Origin: a virus
Taxonomy: Duplodnaviria > Caudoviricetes
Virus record (IMG/VR): IMGVR_UViG_3300046169_000125
Location: 1-60,788 of that record
Strand: one strand, 5' to 3'
DNA length: 60,788 bases
A program made the position numbers and the translations under genes. The notes under the pieces are model-generated. The model was not told the DNA's origin, did not search any database, and worked only from the letters and a program-made list of their open reading frames with translations. Shown here piece after piece: positions 28,435 to 39,426 of this stretch (within the stretch, counting starts at the first letter, position 1; every line of letters starts with the position of its first letter).

Positions 28435-31400
28435 ATGAAATCAACATCAATATCTATAGAGTTTATCGTTAACGACTTAAGTGCGAATTATGAAATTATT
28501 GGCACTTCAGATAATTATTCTTTTCAGCATAAAATGGGGAAGGGGTCAAGTTTGGTTGACTCTATTGGGGAAAGCGCTATACAAATTATACCTCTAAGGG
28601 GAAACTACGGGCAGTTTGAAATAAAGCTTTTTGCTGTAAGTGATATTGGTATCAGGTCTAGTTTTGTAACTAGCTTTATAACTGTTAACCCACCAATATT
28701 TGATGGAACCTTTACATTTAATAATTTAAGAATATCCGATTTAAAAGGAGCGGTGCAGGATAGTTTTTTTGTAGATCAATACCCCTCTGCAACTGAGAAT
28801 AAATTAACTACTTTTCAACGCTTTCAAGGCAAGGATGTAGAAATATCCTGGGAGTTGATTCCTCCTAGCGGTCATGCGAGGGAGAGTCAATCTTTATCAA
28901 CAGAATTATTGTCGGATACTTTGTTTTCTGGTTTCATGGTTAATATAATAAGTGATGGTCAGGTTATTGATGCGTCTTCTTATAGCGGTGAAAATCTTGC
29001 AATACAATCCCTTTCAGAACAATTGAATACAACCACTGGTAATGTCGCCGAAAATCTTCAAGGTTTTCGAGATTTTTCATTAATTCTGGATAGAGATGTA
29101 TTTGATGGATTTAGTTTATCTAGGAATATTGGCCTTGAGATTGTTGCTGTTGATAATTTTGGCTCAACTGCTACAGGTAGTATTAGTGGTAGTAGTATAG
29201 AAGCCTCTTTCACCACTTTTATTTCAAACTTGAACGGTTCAGATATGTCTTTCTCCTGGGGTGCAACACAGCAAGATTATAGTGGAGTGATCATTGACGT
29301 TGTTGCTATACCTGCAGATAGAGAACTGTTTGATAGTGGTAATTTAAATGCCAATATGAACTTTTTTAATGATTTGAATTCAGCGATATATGGAGAAATA
29401 TCGTGGGATGAAAATTTTAATTACTCTTCTGGAGATTTTGTATCAATAAGTGGGAGTGGTTTTCAGGCAAATATTGATCATACTGGTACTTACGCAAATT
29501 CACCACAAAGTGATTCTGTGAATTGGACTAATTATGGGGAGTTCATTGATTTTTCTTTTGCAAGAGAAACTGTAAGCGATTTAAAGTTTAATCAAGAACA
29601 ATTTTTTGGGTACAAGTATTATTATACGTTTGAATTATTTGATAGTTTTGGTGCAAGCGATGTAATGCTATTATCTGAAGAAGGCTCTCTAAGTCCACAA
29701 GGAGAGTCAGGCTCTTTCTTGTTTCCATATCAATCAGAACTAAAAATTAAAAACTTAAGATACCTAGAAAGAAAAGATGACTTAGTTTTTAATTGGGATA
29801 TCGTAGATCAAGATGATAATTTAATTGATCTAATCCAGTATCGATTGGCATTTAAGAACGGTGAGTTGCCTGCTATATTAGGATTGAGTGGCTCTCTGTA
29901 TGATATTAATACGGATCAAATTTTAACTGGATTAACAGAAGGTAATAACTCTATATCTCTATCTGAAGATGAAAACTTTGAAACCTCAACTACTTTTGGT
30001 TTACCAACGGCTAAGTTATTTGAAACATTTGAGTATACAAGGAATTTAAATAATTCAATATATAGTACGGGAGGTTTTCCTAGTAATTATGAAGCCTTGA
30101 ATTATAGCGGAAGCTATATCTCTGGCGACCATGTTGTTGATTCGTCAAATAATGTTTACAAAAACATGATTGATACTTCTTTTAGAGATCCGTTAGTTCA
30201 ACCCTTTTATGATGATTGGTCTAAAAAAATAAATTATATTTCAGGCGAATCTTTTATTTATGGAGCGTTTCTCTATCAAGCTAATCAGGAGTTTGGGCCT
30301 CGGTATACAGATGGGCTATTTGATTTTTCTAAAACTTATTATTCTGGAGATTTAGTTATATCTCCAAACGAGCACTATGAAAACTTTAATTCCGGAAGTG
30401 GATACGCGTTTAATGATTTAGTTGTACATAATTCAACGTTATATAGGAGTCTTCAGAATCAAGAAAGCGGTTATTCTGTTACTCCTGGATCTGATCACAC
30501 CAAGTGGAAAATCACCTCTTTATTTAATGGAGTAGATTGTGATGTATATAAAGCCCTCGACTCTTCATCAGGGCTAATACCCGTGAACCTACAAATTTAC
30601 GAGTCGGGTGTGTTTGTTGATAAATGGGAAATATCTACACCCGAAACATTTAGTGGTTCACAAAATTACATACAAACTTATAGTCAGCAGATTAGTGAGT
30701 GGACAAGTGGTCAAGATTTTTTCACTGGAGATTTTGTTGTTTATTCAAATGATATATGGAGCGGCGTTCAGAATAGTGGGCCAAATCAAGGTTCTGGCTC
30801 TATTGCTCCAGGTACAAATTCTCAATTTTGGACAGATCAAACTGGCGGACAGGATATAATTTTTTCATACAATTCTGGGGATCTTGTATACAGTAATGGT
30901 ACTGTATATAAAGCAGGCAGTGATAACCCTGTTGGAGCACCAATAGCTGCAATTAATGAACCTGGCGAAGAATCTCAGTCAACATACGAAGGAACTGAGT
31001 GGATTCCATATTGGCAACAAGAAGTCCAGTATCAAGATACAGTTTTTGGTCATGCGGGAATACCTCAAAGCGGCAAAAGAAGTGTTGGAATTGAACTTGC
31101 TATTGTTGATAGAGAAGGAGATATATTTAGTTATCAGAAGTTGAATGCAGAAAACCCTCCTCCTGTTATATTGAGTAGTGGATTTAATGTTGATAGCATA
31201 AGTGAGGCGTCTAAGGTTAAGCTTAATTTTAATTATAATCTAGGGTTTCAAGAGAAAACAACCAAGGTATATTTGTATAGGTCAGAAAACCCAGTTTTTG
31301 ATATTATTGATGAAGATGGATACCCTTTAACGAGTACAGGTACTGCGTTTGTTAAAAGTGTTATTGGCGCAGGAGATTCAACATTTGGACAAAACATAAC

Positions 31401-34400
31401 ACAAATAATTGACGAACCGCCAATTCCAAGGATTGATGGAGTAGATAAAATAACAGGATACTATTATAAAATATTACCTTTTGATGATTTTGGTAGTGGT
31501 GAGCTCTATAATGCAAATGATAATATGGGGGATTTGGAGAAAGTAATTGTTTATCCGACTAGATATAACAGTCCTAACCCTAATTCTGTTCCTGGAAGAG
31601 TTTTGCGCGCAGATCCAACTGATGGTGAAGGTGGCGTGCCTGGACCTATTATTGATTTTTCAGGCTCAACAGCTTTCGAGAATTTCTTTTTAAATTGGAA
31701 GGCTCCGGGGTCAGAATATGAAACTGGGATAAATACCTTATTGAAGGAAAAACAAAATGATATTGATCATTACGAGGTTTGGGCTTGGACGGGCAGCGTA
31801 CTGTATACTGGTGATGGCCAGGGTAATATTTCACCTTTTTCACAAGCAGATAACAATAATGGGCATAGAAAAATAAATGGAGTCGCTTATAGTACAGGTA
31901 TTATACCAACAGAATCTATTGACCCCGCATTAAATATATTTGGCGCTAGGAATATTTTTGATGTCTCAGCAAATTCGCCGTCTTTAGAGGCTGTATATCC
32001 AGGCACAACAAGTAAAAATGAAAATTTTTGGATTAGAGCTGTTGATTTTGCTGGTAATAAAAGTCCATTTACTGGATCATTAATTAATGATAACGATAAT
32101 ATTTCAGGACTATCTTTGACTCCTGGATTGGCGAGCGCCACAGATGTTGCAGATTTTGAAATAGGAATGACTGAAAAATTTGGAAATAGTATTGCTTTGA
32201 TTCCCTCGAACCCTTTCTCTGATGATGTAGGGAGTATATCATGGGTTGATCATGTTTTGTATTTTAGGGGGACGGGATATTTTATTAATGGCTCTAGTAC
32301 AAATAGTGGATATGTTTGGTGGGATATAAGCGAAAAACCGAATCAATCTAATTACGAATATCAAGGCTTAAGAGATATTAAATATAGTGGCGATTATAAA
32401 GTATCTGACGCTCATCCTCAGGGTGGTTATAACGCAAGTAATGAATATATTTCTGGTTTGGATGGTTTTCAGGATATAGATTTTATTATTGCAAGAAATG
32501 ATAACGGTACTGCTTCTCCTGCGTTTTCCTCATTTCCGAACGCTTTAATTGGTACCGCTAATATTGCAGAAGCGGCAATAGTGAGCGCAAAAATTAACGA
32601 CTTATCTGCAGATAAAATAACCTCATCCAAAATTACTAGTGCGGATATACAAATAAGTACATCTGGGAGTGGGGCTGGGGTAATTCGATCTGACGGATTT
32701 ACGGGAATCGATTCTAATCAAAACCGTTCAGGTTTTTACATAAGTGGAGATGGAACTTTTGCGTTTCAAGGAGGAGGAAGTAGCTTAAGTCTTGAAGATG
32801 ACACTTTAACCCTTAGGGGTAAACTTCGGCAAACAAATGGCTTTGATTATGATTTTGTAGACTTAAATGTTTCTCCTAGTTATTTCAATTATATCGAAGC
32901 TAGAGGTTATGAGGCTGGTACCGCTGGAGTTGATACATTCATTCCTGATGATAATTCTCCAACTAGTATTGAAATAATTTCAACTTTTAGGAATAGCTCT
33001 GTAACTCAAACAGGTGTTCGTTTTAGAATGGATGTTTTGTCTGGAGATAATAGGCGTCCCGTGTTTGGTTATGACGAGTTTACTGGTAGCGGACAATATA
33101 ATGTTTCCGGTTTTGAGTATAATCCAAACAACTTTATTGATGATTCCAATAATTCCTCGACTAAAATAGCTAGTGGAAGTTTTGCTTTAGGGAAAAGATT
33201 AGATTCCACTGCACAGCTTAATGGGTTTGATTATTTAATTGATGAAGCTTTTCCAGGTTCTGGGCTTGCTGATTCTGTGGTGTTATATGTTTCAGGTCTA
33301 TACTCAACTTACGAAAGGTCTTTCACTATAACAAGAATTAATGATGGTAGATTTGGGGATCCAGGAGTAACTCCAACATACCGAGGTCCTTGGAATAATA
33401 CAAATATTTACAACTTCACTCCATCAACAATAGATAATCCTGGGCGAGGTGATATTGTTAGTTTTGGGCAGAATCATGCAGATAGAACACCGACTGATTT
33501 AATTAATAGTAACTATTTTATAGCGAATCAAGATAATTTTAGTGGACAGAAGCCCGTTGTTTCTGGAAGTGTTAATTCATTATACTGGTCTCAGTTTGGT
33601 TCTGAGTTAGAAAATGTAGCCACCGATTTACTTCTTACTAAAGATGCGTTTATAACAGAAAAATTAACAATGGGGGCAAATAATGGCCCCGCGGATATTC
33701 CTCATAGTGGAATAATCGTTTCAGAAGGTTTCACTGGTGGACTGTTGAATGTAAATACTCTACCATATCAAGAATTGGATCCTTCAATAGAAAACTACGA
33801 AACGCCAGGTTTTCTTCTAGCTCGAAAAGATGGAGGAGTTGTTTTTGATGTTGGGGGAACGGGAAAAGCTGGGCAAACTGGATACATTAGATTTAATAGT
33901 CATACAGGGAAATTAGAAATCGCCGGTTCGTTTATTAATAATACTGTTTATGATGAAAGTTTGCTATATACAGGAAGTTTTGCAAGTTTTCAGGAAGCTG
34001 ATAATTTAACAAGTTTTATTGGTGGTGGGTATAATAACACATTATCAACTGAACCTGGTGGAAATTATAAATATTTTGAGAACTTAGGGTCAGCTATACT
34101 TGGGGGAGCATGGAATACGATGGATAGTAGATTTTCCGCTATTGCTGGCGGTTATAGCGGATACCTTGCAGATAATTTTTCGTTCATTGGTGCTGGGTAT
34201 GGAAATTCTATGCCCCTCGAAGAACCTGGGGATCATCAAGGCGCAAACTTTATTGGTGGAGGTATAGAAAATATTATAAGTGGGGGAGCGTCACAGAGTA
34301 TACTTAATGGTATTGAAAATAAAATAAATCAAACAGAAGGTAAATATTTAAATAATGAATCCGTAAAGTTTGACGAAGATCAAGGGTGGTTAAGTTCTAG

Positions 34401-34851
34401 GTTTTTGGGTGATCAGCTAACTGCTCAATTTATACCTAATCAAACAGGTATGGTTTCTGGAGTAATATTTCCAAGTGTAGAAAATTCTGACTGGGGAGAA
34501 AATGCAAGCGGTTATTGGCAAAATGAGTTGAATGTTGGGCACCTGGAGGGAATTAATGAAGGAGGGTGGATAGAATACTCGGGACTGGGGTGGTTTTACA
34601 TGAACGAACCAAACGTAAGCGATATTTATTCTGATAGCAACTGGAATCTAGGTTGGGTATTTTCACATACATATAGAACTTGGATGTATTGGGTGGGAGA
34701 GTACGACGATGAAAAACATCATCTTATAGCTTTGTCTACCACAGGGTGGTTTGAGATGAGAATGAATAGGAGTAATCCTTCCTCACCTTATGTTCAGGTC
34801 ACACTACAAGACTCTGGCAATTGGGATTCATGGGGTAATCCAATAACTTAA
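28435..34851 (+). CDS. Large tail fibre/tip protein with Fn3-like, CBM5/12-like and beta-helix repeats
   Basis: 2138 aa; IRAVDFAGNKS (Fn3-like); W.....Y.SGD.V repeats; IGTANIAEAAIVSAKINDLSADKI; IGGGY.N repeats; W-rich C-terminus. Confidence 0.8.
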   Translation: MKSTSISIEFIVNDLSANYEIIGTSDNYSFQHKMGKGSSLVDSIGESAIQIIPLRGNYGQFEIKLFAVSDIGIRSSFVTSFITVNPPIFDGTFTFNNLRISDLKGAVQDSFFVDQYPSATENKLTTFQRFQGKDVEISWELIPPSGHARESQSLSTELLSDTLFSGFMVNIISDGQVIDASSYSGENLAIQSLSEQLNTTTGNVAENLQGFRDFSLILDRDVFDGFSLSRNIGLEIVAVDNFGSTATGSISGSSIEASFTTFISNLNGSDMSFSWGATQQDYSGVIIDVVAIPADRELFDSGNLNANMNFFNDLNSAIYGEISWDENFNYSSGDFVSISGSGFQANIDHTGTYANSPQSDSVNWTNYGEFIDFSFARETVSDLKFNQEQFFGYKYYYTFELFDSFGASDVMLLSEEGSLSPQGESGSFLFPYQSELKIKNLRYLERKDDLVFNWDIVDQDDNLIDLIQYRLAFKNGELPAILGLSGSLYDINTDQILTGLTEGNNSISLSEDENFETSTTFGLPTAKLFETFEYTRNLNNSIYSTGGFPSNYEALNYSGSYISGDHVVDSSNNVYKNMIDTSFRDPLVQPFYDDWSKKINYISGESFIYGAFLYQANQEFGPRYTDGLFDFSKTYYSGDLVISPNEHYENFNSGSGYAFNDLVVHNSTLYRSLQNQESGYSVTPGSDHTKWKITSLFNGVDCDVYKALDSSSGLIPVNLQIYESGVFVDKWEISTPETFSGSQNYIQTYSQQISEWTSGQDFFTGDFVVYSNDIWSGVQNSGPNQGSGSIAPGTNSQFWTDQTGGQDIIFSYNSGDLVYSNGTVYKAGSDNPVGAPIAAINEPGEESQSTYEGTEWIPYWQQEVQYQDTVFGHAGIPQSGKRSVGIELAIVDREGDIFSYQKLNAENPPPVILSSGFNVDSISEASKVKLNFNYNLGFQEKTTKVYLYRSENPVFDIIDEDGYPLTSTGTAFVKSVIGAGDSTFGQNITQIIDEPPIPRIDGVDKITGYYYKILPFDDFGSGELYNANDNMGDLEKVIVYPTRYNSPNPNSVPGRVLRADPTDGEGGVPGPIIDFSGSTAFENFFLNWKAPGSEYETGINTLLKEKQNDIDHYEVWAWTGSVLYTGDGQGNISPFSQADNNNGHRKINGVAYSTGIIPTESIDPALNIFGARNIFDVSANSPSLEAVYPGTTSKNENFWIRAVDFAGNKSPFTGSLINDNDNISGLSLTPGLASATDVADFEIGMTEKFGNSIALIPSNPFSDDVGSISWVDHVLYFRGTGYFINGSSTNSGYVWWDISEKPNQSNYEYQGLRDIKYSGDYKVSDAHPQGGYNASNEYISGLDGFQDIDFIIARNDNGTASPAFSSFPNALIGTANIAEAAIVSAKINDLSADKITSSKITSADIQISTSGSGAGVIRSDGFTGIDSNQNRSGFYISGDGTFAFQGGGSSLSLEDDTLTLRGKLRQTNGFDYDFVDLNVSPSYFNYIEARGYEAGTAGVDTFIPDDNSPTSIEIISTFRNSSVTQTGVRFRMDVLSGDNRRPVFGYDEFTGSGQYNVSGFEYNPNNFIDDSNNSSTKIASGSFALGKRLDSTAQLNGFDYLIDEAFPGSGLADSVVLYVSGLYSTYERSFTITRINDGRFGDPGVTPTYRGPWNNTNIYNFTPSTIDNPGRGDIVSFGQNHADRTPTDLINSNYFIANQDNFSGQKPVVSGSVNSLYWSQFGSELENVATDLLLTKDAFITEKLTMGANNGPADIPHSGIIVSEGFTGGLLNVNTLPYQELDPSIENYETPGFLLARKDGGVVFDVGGTGKAGQTGYIRFNSHTGKLEIAGSFINNTVYDESLLYTGSFASFQEADNLTSFIGGGYNNTLSTEPGGNYKYFENLGSAILGGAWNTMDSRFSAIAGGYSGYLADNFSFIGAGYGNSMPLEEPGDHQGANFIGGGIENIISGGASQSILNGIENKINQTEGKYLNNESVKFDEDQGWLSSRFLGDQLTAQFIPNQTGMVSGVIFPSVENSDWGENASGYWQNELNVGHLEGINEGGWIEYSGLGWFYMNEPNVSDIYSDSNWNLGWVFSHTYRTWMYWVGEYDDEKHHLIALSTTGWFEMRMNRSNPSSPYVQVTLQDSGNWDSWGNPIT

Positions 34852-34865
34852 CAAATTAATAAATT

Positions 34866-35540
34866 ATGAGTCAACATCAGGTAGATCTTACTTCTATTCC
34901 AACAGCTAGTGAAAGTTTTTCATTGTATTACAATGATAATAATTTTATCGGCGCAGGTTTCGAAAATGAAATAAAAGATAGTATAAGATGTAGTATAATA
35001 CAGGGGTCAAACAATACTATTAGTGGTAAATATAATTGTCATGTCGTTGGTGATTATATTGGTATGAGTGGAATAACTGAAGTTAGAGACAATTCATTTC
35101 ACGTAGGATGTTATAATGGAATGGATATTTGGGGTTCATTAAATGTTAAGCGAGGTGGCTCGATAATAAAGGGAGATGTACTTGTGTCTGGTAATATATC
35201 CGCAACCGGAGATGTTGTTGCATTTGTTACATCTGATTCAAGATTAAAGAATGATCAAACACCAATATCTGGATCTCTTCAGAAAATATCCACACTTGAT
35301 CCAATACAATTTAATTGGAGTGAGAAACAAAATACTTATGTGGGGCATGATATAGGGTTAATCGCCCAACAGGTACAGTCTATAGCCCCTGAAATTGTAA
35401 TTGAAAGACCAGATGGTTTTTTAGCTATGAAGTACGATAAGATGGTTCCTTTATTGGTTGGCGCAATACAAGATCAACAAAAAATTATAGATGAGATGCG
35501 CGCCGAACTTGATGAATTAAAATCAAAGATTAACCATTAA
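34866..35540 (+). CDS. Tail fibre protein with peptidase S74 intramolecular chaperone
   Basis: GDVVAFVTSDSRLKND, GLIAQQV...PEIV, YDKMVPLLVGAIQD plus coiled coil. Confidence 0.9.
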   Translation: MSQHQVDLTSIPTASESFSLYYNDNNFIGAGFENEIKDSIRCSIIQGSNNTISGKYNCHVVGDYIGMSGITEVRDNSFHVGCYNGMDIWGSLNVKRGGSIIKGDVLVSGNISATGDVVAFVTSDSRLKNDQTPISGSLQKISTLDPIQFNWSEKQNTYVGHDIGLIAQQVQSIAPEIVIERPDGFLAMKYDKMVPLLVGAIQDQQKIIDEMRAELDELKSKINH

Positions 35541-36369
35541 TCTCTCTCATTAATATGCGCGCATCAGTCGGAGATATATCGCTAAAGTCGCTCCAATCTT
35601 TAGCTCTTTCATTTTGATATTTTCCATCTTTCCACCAGTCTCTAAGTATAACTTTAAATTCTTCAAAATTAGAACAGTTTAATTTTTCTTTTGCTAGATT
35701 TTGTACCATTGAATATGGAGTAAGTGATGGTGAAATATTTAATGACGAATTGTTTGTTCCTCCCCCTGGATTGTTTGATTTGTCAATCTCATCGTCACCT
35801 ACAATGTGGACGTTTAAAAAATTGCGAACGCAGCGAACGAATGCCCGATTACATGCGATAGTTTCTAAAAACTTTGTAGCGAAACTACTTGTGTTGTCAA
35901 GAGTAGCATTTGCCATGTCTTGAAATTGTACAGCCTTACCCCCGGTTTCATAATTAGGTAGAAAGCTCATGTGGCAAATTACAGCGACATGATCGGGTTG
36001 ACATTTAACAACTTCGTAAGATACATCTGTAAAACCACGAAGCTTTGCAAGTTCCTTGATTCCACTAAGCTTGATAAGTAGTTGATGATCCTTGAGGCCG
36101 TCTATACTACGTGGAAGATCTTTTTTGCGTAAATCAAACCACGAGCGGTTTGGAAATAAATGTTCATCTTTGATCATACTTCTCCAGTTGACCGAACCAT
36201 CTTCTGCAAACTCATAGTCTACATCACCTAATAGTCCAAATGTATTGCGCTGAAACTTGCCTGGGCCGTCGGCGTAATTTTTTGGGTATTCTACTTTTGT
36301 TTCTTTTATTTTTGTTTCTGTTTCATATGTTACAGAATTGTCTGATGTTGATTGTGATTTACGTACCAT
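35530..36369 (-). CDS. Putative single-strand annealing protein (Redbeta/RecT/Rad52-like)
   Basis: IKLSGIKELA, MANAT..N, ETIACNRAFVRCVR...GDDEI resemble the MA..RA..RA.R...EE core of SSAPs. Confidence 0.45.
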   Translation of the reverse strand: MVRKSQSTSDNSVTYETETKIKETKVEYPKNYADGPGKFQRNTFGLLGDVDYEFAEDGSVNWRSMIKDEHLFPNRSWFDLRKKDLPRSIDGLKDHQLLIKLSGIKELAKLRGFTDVSYEVVKCQPDHVAVICHMSFLPNYETGGKAVQFQDMANATLDNTSSFATKFLETIACNRAFVRCVRNFLNVHIVGDDEIDKSNNPGGGTNNSSLNISPSLTPYSMVQNLAKEKLNCSNFEEFKVILRDWWKDGKYQNERAKDWSDFSDISPTDARILMREING

Positions 36370-37528
36370 GATTATTGTCGTTATAAAGTTTTAGATTGAT
36401 TGCGTCTTCCCAAAATTCATCGCAGTCGATAACGGTATTGTGTTCTCCCTCGATACCGTTCCTCCATGCCGCTTTGCTAGCATAGATTTTATTATCTGAT
36501 ACGATGACTTGTGAGCTTTTATAACGAGTATTATTGCATATTTTATCATGGTTGTCAATATCATTCTTTGTTTTTTGTTCAAGAAAATGCACATCCCAAT
36601 CGAAGAACTTTAATCGCACATCATTTATTATGTCATTATCTTTGCATATTAATTTTAATTTTATACCTAATTTCTTGCATGCTTTAAAAAATGTATCGTC
36701 ATCATCTGGTTGTACAAAATAATTGATTTGATTTACATTGTTTTTGATTGCCTGTAAGTAGTTGATTTGCATAGGTTGGTCAAGGAATAGGTTTACCTTG
36801 CGGGTGTATGCCCATTGAGCGATATTCTGTTCGTTAAAATGTTCGTGACCAAGTATGTTTGCGGGTTGACCTGACGCAAAGCTTTTGCCGAGTACGCAAT
36901 TTGGAACAACTGCAAGTGAGCTAGCGTGATATGCGGCGCCAGTATGAAAAGTTTTAATGTTATGTAGATTATTTTTTATATTCAATAACCTCAAGACGGA
37001 TTCCGCGATTTGCTCGGGCTTGATTTCATTGATTGTTTTTGGATATTCATTGTCAGAAAAACTTGCTTTTCTTTTGGTGCGATCTGGTTCAAGTAAAATT
37101 TGACTTGCTTGGTCGCCCCAATATGGCCCACAACATTCTTTGTATAATGTAGAATATAAATTCACTATCTTTTTATCGAAGCCGCTTGCAATATGAGTAC
37201 TGAATGAATCAGTGCCAAAATGAAGCATTGAATTTTTGATGATGTATGCTGCTTGACGAATAGTTGTTTGACCTTGGTGGTGCAAGCAATGACTTACCTT
37301 AGATTCTTCTTTATTCCCTATTTGTATAATTTTAATATTTTCTTTATCTAAATAAGGGTGAATTAGGTCTGTTACGTCATTGTAATAATCGTAAGTTTTT
37401 GATTGAATGCGGTTGCTTGCATGTAATGTGATATACTTATCCGGTGTAACTGGGAAGTAAGAAGTTTCGATTGAGGGCCTGTCTATTTTAACACCGCAGG
37501 AAAGTGCATATTGTTCGACTAGGTGCAT
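36359..37528 (-). CDS. Glycosyltransferase family 9-like (C-terminal domain) fused to an unknown domain
   Basis: ITLHAS...K.Y..Y, IIQIG, T.IRQAAYII, GTDSFSTHIA, INEIKPEQI. Confidence 0.75.
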   Translation of the reverse strand: MHLVEQYALSCGVKIDRPSIETSYFPVTPDKYITLHASNRIQSKTYDYYNDVTDLIHPYLDKENIKIIQIGNKEESKVSHCLHHQGQTTIRQAAYIIKNSMLHFGTDSFSTHIASGFDKKIVNLYSTLYKECCGPYWGDQASQILLEPDRTKRKASFSDNEYPKTINEIKPEQIAESVLRLLNIKNNLHNIKTFHTGAAYHASSLAVVPNCVLGKSFASGQPANILGHEHFNEQNIAQWAYTRKVNLFLDQPMQINYLQAIKNNVNQINYFVQPDDDDTFFKACKKLGIKLKLICKDNDIINDVRLKFFDWDVHFLEQKTKNDIDNHDKICNNTRYKSSQVIVSDNKIYASKAAWRNGIEGEHNTVIDCDEFWEDAINLKLYNDNNHGT

Positions 37529-39426
37529 AATTCAAATTGTATTTTATCTTTACCGTTATGTGGAAAGTTGACGATTCGTTGGGTGCCAAGAAATGGAATG
37601 AATGCAATTTCGAAATATCCTTCGTGATCGCCTTGACCCTCCATAAGTGGTAGGTTTGCCAGTGAGTCGTGATAAGGTATGCATTTATGAATATAAGGGT
37701 TTCCATCTAACACTTCAAAATACTGTGGGCGAGTGGCAAAGTAAATATTTAAATTTTTGTATTGTTTTTTTATGTTTGGAAGAAGTGAAGTTGTGAGATA
37801 CACGTCCCCAATTCTTTCTGGCATTACAATCAACAACCTTTTTCCTTTATCATCTTCGTCTAATAGGTCACTTAAATCTACCTTTTTGTTTTCACGGTTT
37901 TCTTTTTCTGCAACACTTCTGAAATATTTTAATACGTCTTCTCTTTTTAAGTCATCATTTAACCTTTTCATCCAATGCTTGTGCCCTTCATCTGTTGGAT
38001 ATGTCTCTACTTTAAGTATGTTTTTATATAAATCACTTAACCATTCTGAGTCATTATCTGTTTGTATTGGTTCATAATTTGGATCTCTTTCCTCTGTCTC
38101 AAAATCAAAATTCCAATCAACTGGCTGCATTTCATCCAAAACCTTTTCGAGCTGCTTACCTATAACTTCTACACTGTAATTATCTATAACGAATTGTCTC
38201 GCCTGCTTACCCATTTTTTCACGCTTTTTGGGTTTCATTTCATAAACTTTTCGAAGTTGGTAAGCTATACTTTTGGGGTCGGTACTTGCTTTAATGAATT
38301 GAGTTCCTGGTTCACGGTATTCTGTCCAACTAAGAGGTAAACTTTCAGCCTCAGGTACGCAACAATCCTCTCCGCAACTATAATTTGTTACAAGAGTAAC
38401 TAGCTCTGTTAACTTAGCTTCTTGAATGGGAATTTCTTGGCCACCACTTGTAAATGGGTGACAATAAACATTCATTAAATTATAAATTTCATTGAGCTGA
38501 TCTTCATCTACTCCAGCTCTAGTACTTGTTGTTACTTGAGTTTTTTCTCCACCACAAAATTTACAATCCTGATTTTCTCCCGAAAAATTTTTTACTTCAT
38601 ACTCTTTGCATTCTTTACAATAATAAGTTGTTAGAATTTTTGTTGGATCTATATCTTTTTCTTTCAGTAGTCGTGGTATGTCCCAACCTTCACCCCAGTG
38701 AGTATGCAACAGTAATTTTGCATTGCATGTTGGGTTTTGTTGACAAAAGATTTTGAATCCTTCGAGAAGATTCGGGACGCTTTTGCGAAGTTGGTTGCGA
38801 AAAACAAAACCAATGATGAAATCATCCGAGTTGACATTATGTCTCTGACGAAGCTCCCAACGTTTTTCATCTTTAAGTTTATAAAAATTAGATGTGTCTA
38901 ATGCGCCACGAAGAGTCTTTACGTGATCTTGACCGATTTCATTTAAAGATCTTTGAGCGAAACTTGCCCATGTAAAATAGTTTTTAATTTTTGGGGCAGC
39001 TTTAACTGCGTCAGGTAAGATCGGAAGACTGTCTAACGTTGTCCAAATCATTGAATTTATCTTATTCCACCAAGTTTTTTCAGTGAAACCATTGAAAGCC
39101 CAAATATCTTCAATTCCAATGTAAACGTCAGGCTTTTCACGTTCGATGATTTTATCTATCATCTCAGCTCCGTATCCAGCATTTCTAGCTAATTGAGGAT
39201 CCTGTTGTAGTTTTTTTATAGTTCTGGAGTCGGAAGGTAGGGAACCTTCAGCTTTCCATGGTAGGTTTTTCAAACTTGGATCACCCCACCTTATTCCGTT
39301 TGAGAATTCTACTAAATCATATTTACCAGTTTTCTGAAGATGTATCAGTATATTTTTGGTACATTTACCAAATCCAGTAAAAGCTTTACAGTGATTGCTA
39401 TGTATTAAAACCTTCTTTTTTTTCAT
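37519..39426 (-). CDS. GT4-like glycosyltransferase with Zn-finger insert and C-terminal GT9 N-domain
   Basis: TGFG, RNQLRK, CKEC/CKFC, PFTSGGQEIPIQEA; C-terminal ERIGDVYLTTSLL...GNPYI. Confidence 0.85.
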   Translation of the reverse strand: MKKKKVLIHSNHCKAFTGFGKCTKNILIHLQKTGKYDLVEFSNGIRWGDPSLKNLPWKAEGSLPSDSRTIKKLQQDPQLARNAGYGAEMIDKIIEREKPDVYIGIEDIWAFNGFTEKTWWNKINSMIWTTLDSLPILPDAVKAAPKIKNYFTWASFAQRSLNEIGQDHVKTLRGALDTSNFYKLKDEKRWELRQRHNVNSDDFIIGFVFRNQLRKSVPNLLEGFKIFCQQNPTCNAKLLLHTHWGEGWDIPRLLKEKDIDPTKILTTYYCKECKEYEVKNFSGENQDCKFCGGEKTQVTTSTRAGVDEDQLNEIYNLMNVYCHPFTSGGQEIPIQEAKLTELVTLVTNYSCGEDCCVPEAESLPLSWTEYREPGTQFIKASTDPKSIAYQLRKVYEMKPKKREKMGKQARQFVIDNYSVEVIGKQLEKVLDEMQPVDWNFDFETEERDPNYEPIQTDNDSEWLSDLYKNILKVETYPTDEGHKHWMKRLNDDLKREDVLKYFRSVAEKENRENKKVDLSDLLDEDDKGKRLLIVMPERIGDVYLTTSLLPNIKKQYKNLNIYFATRPQYFEVLDGNPYIHKCIPYHDSLANLPLMEGQGDHEGYFEIAFIPFLGTQRIVNFPHNGKDKIQFELCT

